Source: Deltaproteobacteria bacterium
Lineage (GTDB): Bacteria > Desulfobacterota > Binatia > UBA1149 > CAYXZP01
Assembly: GCA_046583365.1 (NCBI GenBank)
Contig: JAYGCL010000038.1
Location: 9,720 to 73,719, forward strand
Direction: 5' to 3'
DNA length: 64,000 nt
Numbering within the stretch: the stretch's first letter is position 1; every line of letters begins with the position of its first letter. The notes under the pieces are model-generated. The model saw nothing but the letters and a program-made list of their open reading frames with translations. It did no database searches and was not told the origin of the DNA. This document shows, one piece after another, positions 19,788 through 28,951 of this stretch. Position numbers and translations under genes: made by a program.

Positions 19788-20566
19788 GCAAGCGTACGAG
19801 CGCCAGGGAAAGGGCCCGCGAGCGCCTGATCTTTGCCCTCGATGTCGGGTCTTTGCGCGAAGCCGGCGAATACCTGCGGGTGTTGGAAGGCACCGTGGGT
19901 ATGTTCAAGGTCGGCAAGCAGCTTTTCCTGAAGGCCGGCCCGAGGATCGTCAAGTACATACGTGACCGTGGGGGAGAGGTTTTCCTCGATCTCAAGTTTC
20001 ACGACATCCCACAGACCGTGGCCCGTGCTTCCATGGAAGCTACCCGCCACGGGGTGGTGATGTTCAATGTCCACGCGTCGGGGAGCCGTGAGATGATGCG
20101 GCAAACGGTGGCGGCGGTGAACCGTGTGTGCAGGACGGAAAAACTTCGCCGTCCCCACATCCTCGGGGTAACCGTACTCACCAGTCTCTCGGCTGCCGAC
20201 CTGCGTACCATCGGGGTGAGGAGCCGCATAGAAGACCAGGTCGTGCGTCTGGCCTCCCTGGCCGAAGGGGCGGGGATGGACGGTGTGGTGGCCTCACCCT
20301 TGGAGATAGCCGCCATCCGCAAGGCCTGCTCACGGCGTTTTCTCATCGTCACTCCGGGTATTCGTAGTGCTGGAGACGAGATCGGGGACCAGCACAGGGT
20401 AAGCGGCCCGGCCGAGGCCATAGAACGTGGTGCCGATTACATCGTGGTGGGCCGTCCCATCCGTGATGCCGCCGACCCAAGGGCTGCGGCAGAAGGCATC
20501 GTAGGCGAGATCGCAGCGGTTGTTGCTCCTCCACAGTTGAGGAGTACCTCGCGCAAAAGCCGTTAG
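19784..20566 (+). CDS. pyrF: orotidine 5'-phosphate decarboxylase
   Basis: LIFALDV, FLDLKFHDIPQTV, VVGRPI motifs; ATGA overlap with proS. Confidence 0.85.
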   Translation: MSKRTSARERARERLIFALDVGSLREAGEYLRVLEGTVGMFKVGKQLFLKAGPRIVKYIRDRGGEVFLDLKFHDIPQTVARASMEATRHGVVMFNVHASGSREMMRQTVAAVNRVCRTEKLRRPHILGVTVLTSLSAADLRTIGVRSRIEDQVVRLASLAEGAGMDGVVASPLEIAAIRKACSRRFLIVTPGIRSAGDEIGDQHRVSGPAEAIERGADYIVVGRPIRDAADPRAAAEGIVGEIAAVVAPPQLRSTSRKSR

Positions 20567-20573
20567 TCCTGGT

Positions 20574-22199
20574 CTATGCCAAGGCGGCCAACGCGGCCGG
20601 CGCGGCATAGCCCGCGGCCTCGGCGGCCTTGGCAAATTCCCCGCCCCCCAGCGTATCGGCCACGGCCTTGCCGCAGGCCGAAGCCGCGAAGACCCTCTCC
20701 ATAACGATAACCCTGGAGTCAGACTCAAGACCTTTGAGCAGCCAGGCCTGGGGTGGGTTTGGAGCTTTGGCGAGCAAGGTCGGCAACTCCATGCCTTTGG
20801 CCTCCACGATTGCCAGATGGGACTCACCGGCCAGCAGCGAGACCTCGGCTGCCGGTCCGGCCAGGTCCAGGCATACCGGCTTGAGGCCGGGCAGGCCGGG
20901 GTGGGCGGTCGCCAGAAGGTCCTCGAGGGTCTCGACCAGGGTCTCATGGGTGGTGGCGACGACAAGGTTGGCAGCGGCCTCGGCCTCGGTTTTGAGCAAC
21001 TCCACCTCGACCATACTACCGGCATCGATGCCCTGGCTGGCCGCTTTTATCCTCAGTATGCCGTCGGCGCGGGCAATTGTGCTGATGGAACCGGCCCCGC
21101 GCGGCAAGGGGGCGACAACGAAACCGCCCCCGCACGGAGTCAGACAGACCCGTACAAATTCCTCCACACCCAGCTTGGACGGCAACGCTCTTTTTACTTC
21201 GGCCCTTACAGTTGCCACCGCTTGTGGGCAGGCGCCCAGCATTGCCAGCAGCAGGGGGCCGAGCAGTTCACGGCAGACCAGGATGGCTGAGACCGGGTAA
21301 CCGGGAATGGCGATTACCGGGGTGGAGCACACACTGGCAAACGCCACCGGTTTGCCTGGCATCATATCTACACCGTGTACTACAAGCTTGCCCAGTCTGG
21401 CCAGAGTCGGGACGGTAAAATCGCGCCGACCTTTTGAACTCCCGGCTATGACGCAAACGATGTCGTGGGAGATGGCTGCGTCGCTTATGGCTGATGCCAG
21501 GGACTCCTCGTCGTCGCCGGCCAGACCGAGGTAGCGGGCGTCTCCCCCCCACTCCTGGATCATTGCGGCCATTACCCTGGAGTTGAACTCTATGACCTGG
21601 CCGGGTTGGGCCGCGGGGCCGGGCTCTATGACTTCGGCGCCGGTAGCGATGATAGCCACCGTTGGTGCTCGACCTACCTCGACGGTGGTAACCGAGGTGG
21701 CCAGCATGGCGCCGATGTCAAAGGGCCGTATGCGGCGTCCGCCGCCGAGCAGCACCCGGCCGGCCTCCATGTCTTCTCCAATGCGGCGGACGTCGCGGCC
21801 CGGGGGGGCCGCCTCGGCTATACGCCAGCCACCGTCTACCCGTGTTGTATTTTCGATACGCACTACAGAGTCCGCCCACGCCGGCATAGCGGAGCCGGTG
21901 TCTACCGCCGAGGCCGGCAGTGGGGTGTCGTCGGGGCTACCGCCACTGCCCACGTCGCCCAGCGTAATGGGGTTGTCCCCGGCGGCAGCCATTGTATCGG
22001 CCGAACGTACGGCTATGCCGTCCATTGCCGCTGCACGGTAGTGGGGAGAGGCGGTGTGGGCCCTGACGGTGGCGGCGGTTATCCGGCCGAGGGCGTTCTG
22101 GACCTCGACCTCTTCGCTTCCTGCACGTTTGGTCGCCAGCCCGAGGAGTATCGCGCGGGCCTTATCCAGGGGTTGGCGTGGAGGGGAAGGGTCGCCCAT
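20574..22199 (-). CDS. moeA: molybdopterin molybdenumtransferase MoeA with extra C-terminal PBP-like domain
   Basis: MoeA N-, MPT-binding and C-terminal domains (AAMDGIAVRSADT, GGVSMG-type block IAGSSKGRRDFT) followed by ~130 extra residues resembling a periplasmic-binding-protein-like domain. Confidence 0.7.
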   Translation of the reverse strand: MGDPSPPRQPLDKARAILLGLATKRAGSEEVEVQNALGRITAATVRAHTASPHYRAAAMDGIAVRSADTMAAAGDNPITLGDVGSGGSPDDTPLPASAVDTGSAMPAWADSVVRIENTTRVDGGWRIAEAAPPGRDVRRIGEDMEAGRVLLGGGRRIRPFDIGAMLATSVTTVEVGRAPTVAIIATGAEVIEPGPAAQPGQVIEFNSRVMAAMIQEWGGDARYLGLAGDDEESLASAISDAAISHDIVCVIAGSSKGRRDFTVPTLARLGKLVVHGVDMMPGKPVAFASVCSTPVIAIPGYPVSAILVCRELLGPLLLAMLGACPQAVATVRAEVKRALPSKLGVEEFVRVCLTPCGGGFVVAPLPRGAGSISTIARADGILRIKAASQGIDAGSMVEVELLKTEAEAAANLVVATTHETLVETLEDLLATAHPGLPGLKPVCLDLAGPAAEVSLLAGESHLAIVEAKGMELPTLLAKAPNPPQAWLLKGLESDSRVIVMERVFAASACGKAVADTLGGGEFAKAAEAAGYAAPAALAALA

Positions 22200-22205
22200 G
22201 GCCGT

Positions 22206-23441
22206 TTAGAAAAGAAGCACCTCGACTTCTTCTCCTGCCTGCAGTCCCTCGCTTGAGGGTTTGATGCAAACCATGCCGTCGGCACCGGCTATGGTTGAGA
22301 GTGCGGCAGACTTTCCTCTCAGTGGGACGGCCGTGGCCAGTGTCGTGCCGGGCTCCAGTTTGACGCGAACGTAGTTTTCGCGGCCTGCTGTTGCACCGAC
22401 AGCCGAGGCCAACAGCGCCCTTGTCCGTGGCCGTGTGAGCATCACCCTTTGCAGGGGTTCGCCTCCCAGGACCCGGATCAGGGTGGAGCCGAACAACGTA
22501 AAGACCACCGCCGCCGCGGCCGGGTTGCCGGGCAGCCCCATCACCGCCGAGCCCTTGCAGCTTGCCAGTATGGTTGGTTTGCCCGGTGCAATGGCCACGC
22601 CGTGAAACAGAGCCCTGGCTTCGGGCAGGGTTTTTATAGCGGCCATGGTGAGGTCTCGTGTACCCATCGAGCTTCCCCCCGAGACAAAAACGCAGTCGTT
22701 GGCCGTGGTTGCCTCGGCCAGGCAATCGCAAAGTTCACGTTTGCGGTCGCCGACCACTCCGTAGTCGACGACTATGGCGCCGAGGCTACGGGCCAGTGCG
22801 CCCAGGGCGTACTGGTTTACGTTCCTGACCTGGCCGGGCCTCAGTTCCTCGCCCGGTTCCACGATTTCGTCGCCGGTGACTATGATGCCCACCCGCGGCA
22901 GACGGTAGGCCGTGAACGTGGTTACCCCGATGCCGGTCAGCGCTCCTACATCACCTCCGCTGAGACGGCGGCCCTTCTGGAAAACCTGGTCTCCGATTTT
23001 CAGATCCTCTCCCAGACGTACGAGATTCTGACCTGGCACTGCTTCGGCCTTTATCAGCACCGTGCCCTCGATGGGTTCCTCGGTGTTTTCCACGATAACC
23101 ACCGCGTCGGCACCCGCCGGCATCATTGCGCCGGTCGAGATCGCCATGGCGCTGGCCTCGGACAGGCCGGGGGCGGCTTGTTCACCGGCGTTGATACGTC
23201 CGCTTACGGGTAGACTTACCGGTGAGGTTTCGGACGCACCGAAGGTGTCACAGGCACGCACGGCATAGCCGTCCATGTTGGAACGCTCAAAGTGGGGGAC
23301 GTTTTCGGCCGAACTGATGTCTTCGGCCACGACCCTCCCGCAGGCCGAGCGCGAGTCCACATTCTCGGTTTCCACCACCGGCATATTGCCGATGTGGTCG
23401 TAGGCCTGGTCGGCGCTTATGAGTTGGAAAAATGGTTTCAC
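22206..23441 (-). CDS. moeA: molybdopterin molybdenumtransferase MoeA (second paralog)
   Basis: Canonical MoeA blocks (ERSNMDGYAVR, GGSSMGTRD, PGNPAAA); 411 aa. Confidence 0.8.
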   Translation of the reverse strand: MKPFFQLISADQAYDHIGNMPVVETENVDSRSACGRVVAEDISSAENVPHFERSNMDGYAVRACDTFGASETSPVSLPVSGRINAGEQAAPGLSEASAMAISTGAMMPAGADAVVIVENTEEPIEGTVLIKAEAVPGQNLVRLGEDLKIGDQVFQKGRRLSGGDVGALTGIGVTTFTAYRLPRVGIIVTGDEIVEPGEELRPGQVRNVNQYALGALARSLGAIVVDYGVVGDRKRELCDCLAEATTANDCVFVSGGSSMGTRDLTMAAIKTLPEARALFHGVAIAPGKPTILASCKGSAVMGLPGNPAAAAVVFTLFGSTLIRVLGGEPLQRVMLTRPRTRALLASAVGATAGRENYVRVKLEPGTTLATAVPLRGKSAALSTIAGADGMVCIKPSSEGLQAGEEVEVLLF

Positions 23442-24247
23442 AGTCTGCGGTGTCCAAGGGCGGGTAGTTGGGATCTGACCTCCTCGAGGCGCTTGCCGTC
23501 AAGCTGTGCGGATACCGTAAGGGGACCGCCGTCGCCACCGTCGCCGAGCAACTCGCCCCAGGGGTCGACGATCAGAGAATGGCCGTAGCAGTCAAAGCCG
23601 TGGTCGGAACGTCCGTACTGGTTGGGGGCAACTACGAAGCACTGGTTTTCTACGGCGCGGGCTCTCAGCAGAGTTTCCCAGTGTGCACGGCCGGTTGTCG
23701 CCGTAAAGGCAGAGGGTATGACCAGCACTTCTGCACCGTCGTCGGTCAGTTGCCTGAACAGTTCGGGGAAACGCAAGTCGTAACAGATTGCCAGGCCGAT
23801 GCGGCCCAGTTGTGTCTCGATGCACACCCCCTTGTCACCGCCCACGCGGGTGTCATTTTCGTCAATGGAGACACACCCGGGAATGTCGACGGCAAACAGG
23901 TGGATTTTTCTGTAGCTTCCCAACAAATCTCCGTCGGGTCCGAACAGCAGTGAGGTGTTAAAGCACTTCGAATTTTCCGGAGTGCTTTCGAGCAGTGAGC
24001 CGGCTACCAGGTAAACGGACAGCTCGCGGGCCAGGTCGGCCGCCCATTGAGAAGTCGGCCCCGGTATGGGCTCGGCGTTGGCGGCCTCCTCGCGCTGGGC
24101 TCCGCGCCAATAAAACACCTCTGGGAGGGCAATCAACTCGGCCCCACTGCCGGCCGCCTCTCGCACCAGTGTGGTTGCCTGGGCGAGGTTATCGCGCCGG
24201 TCAGAGCCGGATTTAAGTTGAATAGCGGCTGCTCGAAAAGTCTGCAT
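23438..24247 (-). CDS. carbon-nitrogen hydrolase family protein (nitrilase/amidase superfamily)
   Basis: E-K-C triad blocks ELIALPEVF, YRKIHLF, GLAICYDLRFPE; 4-nt overlap with downstream moeA. Confidence 0.8.
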   Translation of the reverse strand: MQTFRAAAIQLKSGSDRRDNLAQATTLVREAAGSGAELIALPEVFYWRGAQREEAANAEPIPGPTSQWAADLARELSVYLVAGSLLESTPENSKCFNTSLLFGPDGDLLGSYRKIHLFAVDIPGCVSIDENDTRVGGDKGVCIETQLGRIGLAICYDLRFPELFRQLTDDGAEVLVIPSAFTATTGRAHWETLLRARAVENQCFVVAPNQYGRSDHGFDCYGHSLIVDPWGELLGDGGDGGPLTVSAQLDGKRLEEVRSQLPALGHRRL

Positions 24248-24288
24248 TACAGCGGGCGGACGCTATCCAAGCGCCGGCAGACGGTCAA

Positions 24289-24329
24289 GCCCACGGCCTG
24301 GGACCGGCCGCGCCCACGGCCTGGGACCG
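24289..24329. repeat. perfect 18-bp direct repeat x2 (GCCCACGGCCTGGGACCG) with 5-bp spacer in divergent promoter region
   Basis: Copy 1 at 24289-24306, copy 2 at 24312-24329 (23-bp periodicity), between the CN-hydrolase start (24247, minus) and the phaR start (24381, plus). Confidence 0.7.
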
Positions 24330-24380
24330 CGTACGTTTGCCTGTTCTGACGCACTTTGGTAGCCGTTGGCAGTCTGACCG

Positions 24381-24977
24381 ATGGCTGATGACCGGATTAT
24401 AAAGCGCTACGCCAACCGCAAGCTCTACGACAAGCATGCCTCCCGCTATGTGACTCTGGACGGGATAGCCGAGCTTCTCCGTAAGGGGGAGGACATCAAG
24501 GTAATCGACAACGATAGCGGTGATGACCTGACCGCCGTTACCTTCGCCCAGATCATTCTCGAAGAAGAGAAAAGCAAGAAGCATTTTATCTCGGTGTCTT
24601 TTCTCCGTCGGGTGATCCGTGACGGTGAAGAGCGTATCCAGGATTTTTCCGACCGGGCCACCCACGGCATCGAGGTTTTGGGCGGGCTCACCGAACGTGC
24701 CCTCGGTGAGAGCATCTCGTTCTTTGATGACCTTTTCGGTTCTTCACGAGACACCGTGACCGCACTCAGGCAAGCCGCGGCCAGTGCCGCCGAAAAGTTT
24801 CGTGCGAACCCGACCGTCAACCAGGAACTGGCACGGGTGGAGAGCAGCCTGCGGTCTCTTGAGGAGGCAATATCGCGTTTGCACGACGACCAGGAGCAGG
24901 CCCCGGACCGTGATAACGAGGGCGCCGTTGCCGCTACGGTTGAAGAACCTGACCCGTCGGAGAAGACTGGCGTTTAA
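24381..24977 (+). CDS. phaR: polyhydroxyalkanoate synthesis repressor PhaR
   Basis: N-terminal IKRYANRKLYDKHASRYVTLDGIAELLRKGEDIKVIDNDSGDDLTAVTFAQIILE (PHB accumulation regulatory domain hallmark). Confidence 0.75.
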   Translation: MADDRIIKRYANRKLYDKHASRYVTLDGIAELLRKGEDIKVIDNDSGDDLTAVTFAQIILEEEKSKKHFISVSFLRRVIRDGEERIQDFSDRATHGIEVLGGLTERALGESISFFDDLFGSSRDTVTALRQAAASAAEKFRANPTVNQELARVESSLRSLEEAISRLHDDQEQAPDRDNEGAVAATVEEPDPSEKTGV

Positions 24978-25009
24978 ACCCCGCCGGCAACGTTACCTTC
25001 CAGTCGCCC

Positions 25010-25357
25010 ATGGCCAAACAGGTTCTATCTGCTTCTTCCAAACGGAAGAAAGACGACGAGAGTCGCCAGCGGGAACTTCTGACCAGACTCAAGAAGATTG
25101 CCGAAAGTCTTGGTACGGAGGTACGCGAGGAACGTCTTTTTCGTGACCTCGGCTACAAAGCCAGAAGTGGTGTTTGTCGGGTGGATGGTCGCGAGGTGCT
25201 ATTGCTGGACCGCAACGTAAGTGTCACCGAACGGGTAGACACACTGCTGGATTTTCTTGCCGGCTGTGAGCTGGACACATCCGTCATCGACCCCGACCTC
25301 CGCGACCTGATTGTGGTGCGCGTGTCGCGCAGGGTCGCTGGGGCATCGGAGGTTTAG
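25010..25357 (+). CDS. small hypothetical protein (basic N-terminus), tightly coupled upstream of fur
   Basis: 115-aa ORF, stop 4 nt before the fur GTG; no family recognised. Confidence 0.4.
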   Translation: MAKQVLSASSKRKKDDESRQRELLTRLKKIAESLGTEVREERLFRDLGYKARSGVCRVDGREVLLLDRNVSVTERVDTLLDFLAGCELDTSVIDPDLRDLIVVRVSRRVAGASEV

Positions 25358-25361
25358 GGCA

Positions 25362-25796
25362 GTGACCACTAAGTTTGAGCGTTTCCACGCCTATATCGAC
25401 GAGCAGGGGTTAAAGTCTACCAAGCAGCGTGACGACATCGCCGTATGGTTTTTTTCCACCAAGGGCCACATCAGCGTCGACGACATTCATGCCAAGGTAA
25501 AACGTATCAATTCGCACATAGGGCTTTCGACGGTCTACCGGACGATGCGACTCTTGTGTGACGCAGGCCTGGTGCACGAGCGCCACTTTGGTGACGGTGA
25601 GGCCCTCTACGAGAACGTTGTTTCCCACCACGACCATTGTATCTGTACGTCCTGCGGGAAGATCATAGAGTTTGAGAATCCCAGGATAGAGGAACTGCAG
25701 GACGCCGTGGCCAGTCGTTTCGGGTTCGAATTGCACAGCCACAAGATGGAACTGTACGGGCTCTGCAAGGCTTGCCAGTCTTCCCGCCATAGCTGA
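25362..25796 (+). CDS. fur: Fur-family transcriptional regulator
   Basis: HHDHCICTSCGKIIEF...HSH...LYGLCKAC metal-site motifs and N-terminal winged helix (KSTKQRDDIAVWF); GTG start chosen to avoid overlap with preceding ORF. Confidence 0.8.
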   Translation: MTTKFERFHAYIDEQGLKSTKQRDDIAVWFFSTKGHISVDDIHAKVKRINSHIGLSTVYRTMRLLCDAGLVHERHFGDGEALYENVVSHHDHCICTSCGKIIEFENPRIEELQDAVASRFGFELHSHKMELYGLCKACQSSRHS

Positions 25797-25849
25797 ACAG
25801 ACGCCCATTGCCTCTCTCCGGGCGACTGTTGCCGTGACCAGAGTACGGT

Positions 25850-25868
25850 GATACTGACAATCATATTC
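25850..25868 (+). promoter_or_regulatory. candidate Fur box upstream of the cytochrome c/FTR1 gene
   Basis: GATACTGACAATCATATTC matches the 19-bp Fur consensus GATAATGATAATCATTATC at 15/19 positions; 44 nt upstream of the 25912 start. Confidence 0.5.
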
Positions 25869-25911
25869 AATTAAGCCGCTGTCGGGCCCTCGCCGCGCTG
25901 CCTGAAAACCC

Positions 25912-28158
25912 GTGCGTGTACATGCAAAACCCAGGGCGGGTTACATTGCCCTCCTCATTTTCCTGGCTGCTCTGTTGGCGGCTCCCCTGCCGCTGGGGGC
26001 TTCGGGGCCGGATGCCGACGGCCGCGGGCTGGCCCCTGCCACTCAGTTGGGCATGTTGCGTATGGCCCTGCAGGAGTACCGGGAAGGGGTGGTCGGGGGT
26101 GTGGTCGTGGACGCCCACGAGTTGGACACGGCCGAAAGACTTCTCGACGAGTTGTCGGCCTCCGTCCCGTCTGCTGAATTGTCGGCCATACGTGGGTTGG
26201 TTGCCCGCCGTGCCAGCCGCGCCGATGTCGAGTCGGCCCTGTCGGTCTGGGTGGCATCCTATGGAGCCGGCATCAAGCCACCGCAGCCGTCCCTTGCGCC
26301 CTCGCTGTCCCAGGGACGCCGTCTCTTCGGCCGCTATTGCAGTGCCTGCCATGGAGACAATGGCGACGGCCGTGGACCTCTGGCGGCCGGCATCGAAGGT
26401 GTCAAGCCCGTAGATTTTTCCGACCAGGGTTTAATGGCTGGCGAGACGCCCGAGGAGTTCTTCCAGGCCATCACCATCGGCGTTCCGGGTACGGCCATGC
26501 CGTCCTGGGACACCGTTTTAACAGCCCAGGAACGTTGGGACCTGGTCGCCCATCTGTGGATGATCAGAACTCCCGACATCGATAACACTGAGCTTGAGTC
26601 CTGTTCTTCCTGCCATGTGGACAGTGGTGGTCTTGCGCCGCTCGACAAAAGTGACGGTGAGGTTCTCCTGCGGCTGATCAATTCAAGGGTGCATGTGCGG
26701 GAGGCGGTCGTTGATGCCGAACATGCAGTGGGTCTGGCCAGACGGATGGGTTTTGTGGTCCGTCGCCAGGGAGAGGGCCAGGGTACGGAGGTTGAACCCC
26801 GCCACGTGCTGGTTGCCCTCAGGCTGGTGGATGAAGAGTACCGCGATGCGGTGGCCGACGGCCGGGTCATAAACAGCGTGGAGTACGGCGAGACCCGGCT
26901 CTTTCTTGGCAGCCTTCTCGATGACCTGGCCAGCCTGGAGCGCCGGGGCCGGTCTGTGGGTGATGAGGCCGGCCGTCTGGCCATCGAACTCCAGGAGGCC
27001 GTCTACGCCAAGGCCGACCCCGCCGAGGTGTCCCGTCTTGCCGCCAGTCTGGAAGAGATTCTCGCAGAGGCCTTTGGCGGGGTGGTGGCCGGCCGGGGGT
27101 GGGAGGAGGTACGCGACCTTCTGGCCCGGGCCCAGGCCGAGACCTCCCCGTCGGCCGCTTCGGCACTGGTGTTGGATGCCTACATGGCCTTTGAGCCACT
27201 GGAGAAGAGGTTGGCGGTCAGGGACGCCGGCTTTACGGCTGCTATAGAGGCGGATTTTCTGGCCCTGCGCTCGCGTATCTCTGCCGGCCACAACGCCGAG
27301 GAGGATTTTGAACGACTTGGGGCCGGTCTTGTACGGGCCGAGGGGCTGCTGGCCTCGGGCCAGGGAGTTTGGGCAGCTTTTGCCAACGCCCTTCTCATCA
27401 TTCTTCGCGAAGGCCTTGAAGCCATACTCATCATAAGCGCCCTTGCCGCCTATCTCGGCAAGGGCGGGCACCTGGTTGCGCGGCGCTGGCTCTACGAGGG
27501 GGCTATGGTCGGGATCGTAGCCAGCCTGCTCACGGCACTGGCCTTTGAAGCTCTGCTCGGCGGTTTGCCCCTGGGCCAGGAAGCGCTCGAAGGCATAACC
27601 ATGCTGTTGGCCGCAGCCGTTCTGTTCTCGGTAAGTTACTGGCTTATCTCCAAACTCGAAGCCCGCCACTGGCAGGCTTACATTCGCAACCAACTCGACC
27701 GGGCTTTGGGGCGGGGGTCGCGGCTGGCCATGGCCGGGGTCGCCTTCCTGGCCGTATACCGGGAGGGCTTCGAGACGGTGCTGTTCTATCGGGCCCTGGT
27801 CGGGGAAGCCGGGGCGGTAACCGCCGTTGGTGCGGGTTTCGTCCTGGGCTGTCTGCTGCTGGTGGTAGTTTACGTGGCCATCGCGCGCTTCAGTGTGGCG
27901 ATTCCTCTGCGGCAGTTTTTCTCGATTACCGGTGGCCTGCTCTACCTGCTGGCCTTCCGCTTTACCGGTACGGGGATAGCCGAACTGCAGGAGGCCGGTA
28001 TGATCGCGGTTACAGAGGTGGCCTGGTGGCCACGCTTGTCGGTGTTGAGTATGGCACCGAACCTGGAGACCGCCCTGGCTCAGATGATCCTGGTGGTGGC
28101 GGCCCTGGTCGGTGTGGTGGTTATTGTTGTTGGCGGTCGGCGCCAGGCGACGGCCTGA
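25912..28158 (+). CDS. cytochrome c/FTR1-family iron permease (diheme cytochrome c domain fused to FTR1/EfeU-type permease)
   Basis: Signal peptide, two CxxCH heme motifs (CSACHGDNG, CSSCHVD), ~300-aa helical linker, then 7-TM FTR1 domain with two REGxE motifs (REGLEAIL, REGFETVL). Confidence 0.75.
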   Translation: MRVHAKPRAGYIALLIFLAALLAAPLPLGASGPDADGRGLAPATQLGMLRMALQEYREGVVGGVVVDAHELDTAERLLDELSASVPSAELSAIRGLVARRASRADVESALSVWVASYGAGIKPPQPSLAPSLSQGRRLFGRYCSACHGDNGDGRGPLAAGIEGVKPVDFSDQGLMAGETPEEFFQAITIGVPGTAMPSWDTVLTAQERWDLVAHLWMIRTPDIDNTELESCSSCHVDSGGLAPLDKSDGEVLLRLINSRVHVREAVVDAEHAVGLARRMGFVVRRQGEGQGTEVEPRHVLVALRLVDEEYRDAVADGRVINSVEYGETRLFLGSLLDDLASLERRGRSVGDEAGRLAIELQEAVYAKADPAEVSRLAASLEEILAEAFGGVVAGRGWEEVRDLLARAQAETSPSAASALVLDAYMAFEPLEKRLAVRDAGFTAAIEADFLALRSRISAGHNAEEDFERLGAGLVRAEGLLASGQGVWAAFANALLIILREGLEAILIISALAAYLGKGGHLVARRWLYEGAMVGIVASLLTALAFEALLGGLPLGQEALEGITMLLAAAVLFSVSYWLISKLEARHWQAYIRNQLDRALGRGSRLAMAGVAFLAVYREGFETVLFYRALVGEAGAVTAVGAGFVLGCLLLVVVYVAIARFSVAIPLRQFFSITGGLLYLLAFRFTGTGIAELQEAGMIAVTEVAWWPRLSVLSMAPNLETALAQMILVVAALVGVVVIVVGGRRQATA

Positions 28159-28930
28159 AAAAAAGTCCGGCCGCGTTCTCCCCTGTTTTGTCGACCACTT
28201 CTTCGAGGTCTACTTTCTTGAGTTCGGCCAGAGCCACAGCCACCTCTTTTACGAAAGCGGGTTCGTTGCGCTTGCCGCGGTGGGGAACGGGGGCGAGGTA
28301 GGGCGAGTCGGTCTCTACCATCAGGCGGTCCAGGGGCAGCCGGCTCACGGTGTCGCGCAGCTCGTCGGCCTTGCCGAAGGTGATAATGCCGGTCAGCGAG
28401 ATCATCAGTCCTAAATCGAGATAGGCCCGGGCATCTTCATAAGACCCGGTAAAGCAGTGGACGACCCCGCGCAGGCCGTCTCCCGAGTGGGCTCTGAGTA
28501 TCTCAAGCATGTCGTCTTCGGCGTTGCGACAGTGCAGGACGATGGGCACGCGATGTTTTCTGGCCAGTTCCAGATGGCGCAGCAACGACTCTCGCTGTTG
28601 GTCGTGGGGGCTGTGATTATAGTGATAGTCGAGTCCGGTTTCTCCTACCGCCACAACCTCTGGTTTTTGCAGCAGTGTTTCTATGCGTTGCTCGATGCTG
28701 TCGTCGTAGCTGTCGGCATCGTGGGGGTGTATACCCGCGGTGGAACGCATGAATGGGTATTGGGAAGCCAGGCGGGCGGCGTCCTCGCTGGCCTCGATCG
28801 GTCCGCCCCCTCCCACCGCCACAATCTGTGTGACTCCGGCATCGTGGGCTCTTTTAATGACCTCTGCCCGGTCATCGTCAAAAGCGGGGTCACTTAGATG
28901 GCAGTGTGTGTCGGTCAGTCCTGTTGCCAT
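28121..28930 (-). CDS. tatD: TatD-family metal-dependent hydrolase
   Basis: TDTHCHL N-terminal His motif and conserved TatD blocks (HCF, ETDSPYL); 3' end overlaps the convergent FTR1 gene by 38 nt. Confidence 0.85.
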   Translation of the reverse strand: MATGLTDTHCHLSDPAFDDDRAEVIKRAHDAGVTQIVAVGGGGPIEASEDAARLASQYPFMRSTAGIHPHDADSYDDSIEQRIETLLQKPEVVAVGETGLDYHYNHSPHDQQRESLLRHLELARKHRVPIVLHCRNAEDDMLEILRAHSGDGLRGVVHCFTGSYEDARAYLDLGLMISLTGIITFGKADELRDTVSRLPLDRLMVETDSPYLAPVPHRGKRNEPAFVKEVAVALAELKKVDLEEVVDKTGENAAGLFFRPSPGADRQQQ

Positions 28931-28951
28931 GGCGTATCGGTGGTTTTTCCT

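Noticed and set aside
16341-27693. Numerous 60-330-aa ORFs antisense to or out of frame with large genes (e.g. 16352-16693, 26334-26984, 26683-27693, 59586-60599)
   Set aside because: They overlap confidently assigned genes, have Arg/Pro/Gly-rich compositions expected from GC-rich antisense frames, and carry no motifs.
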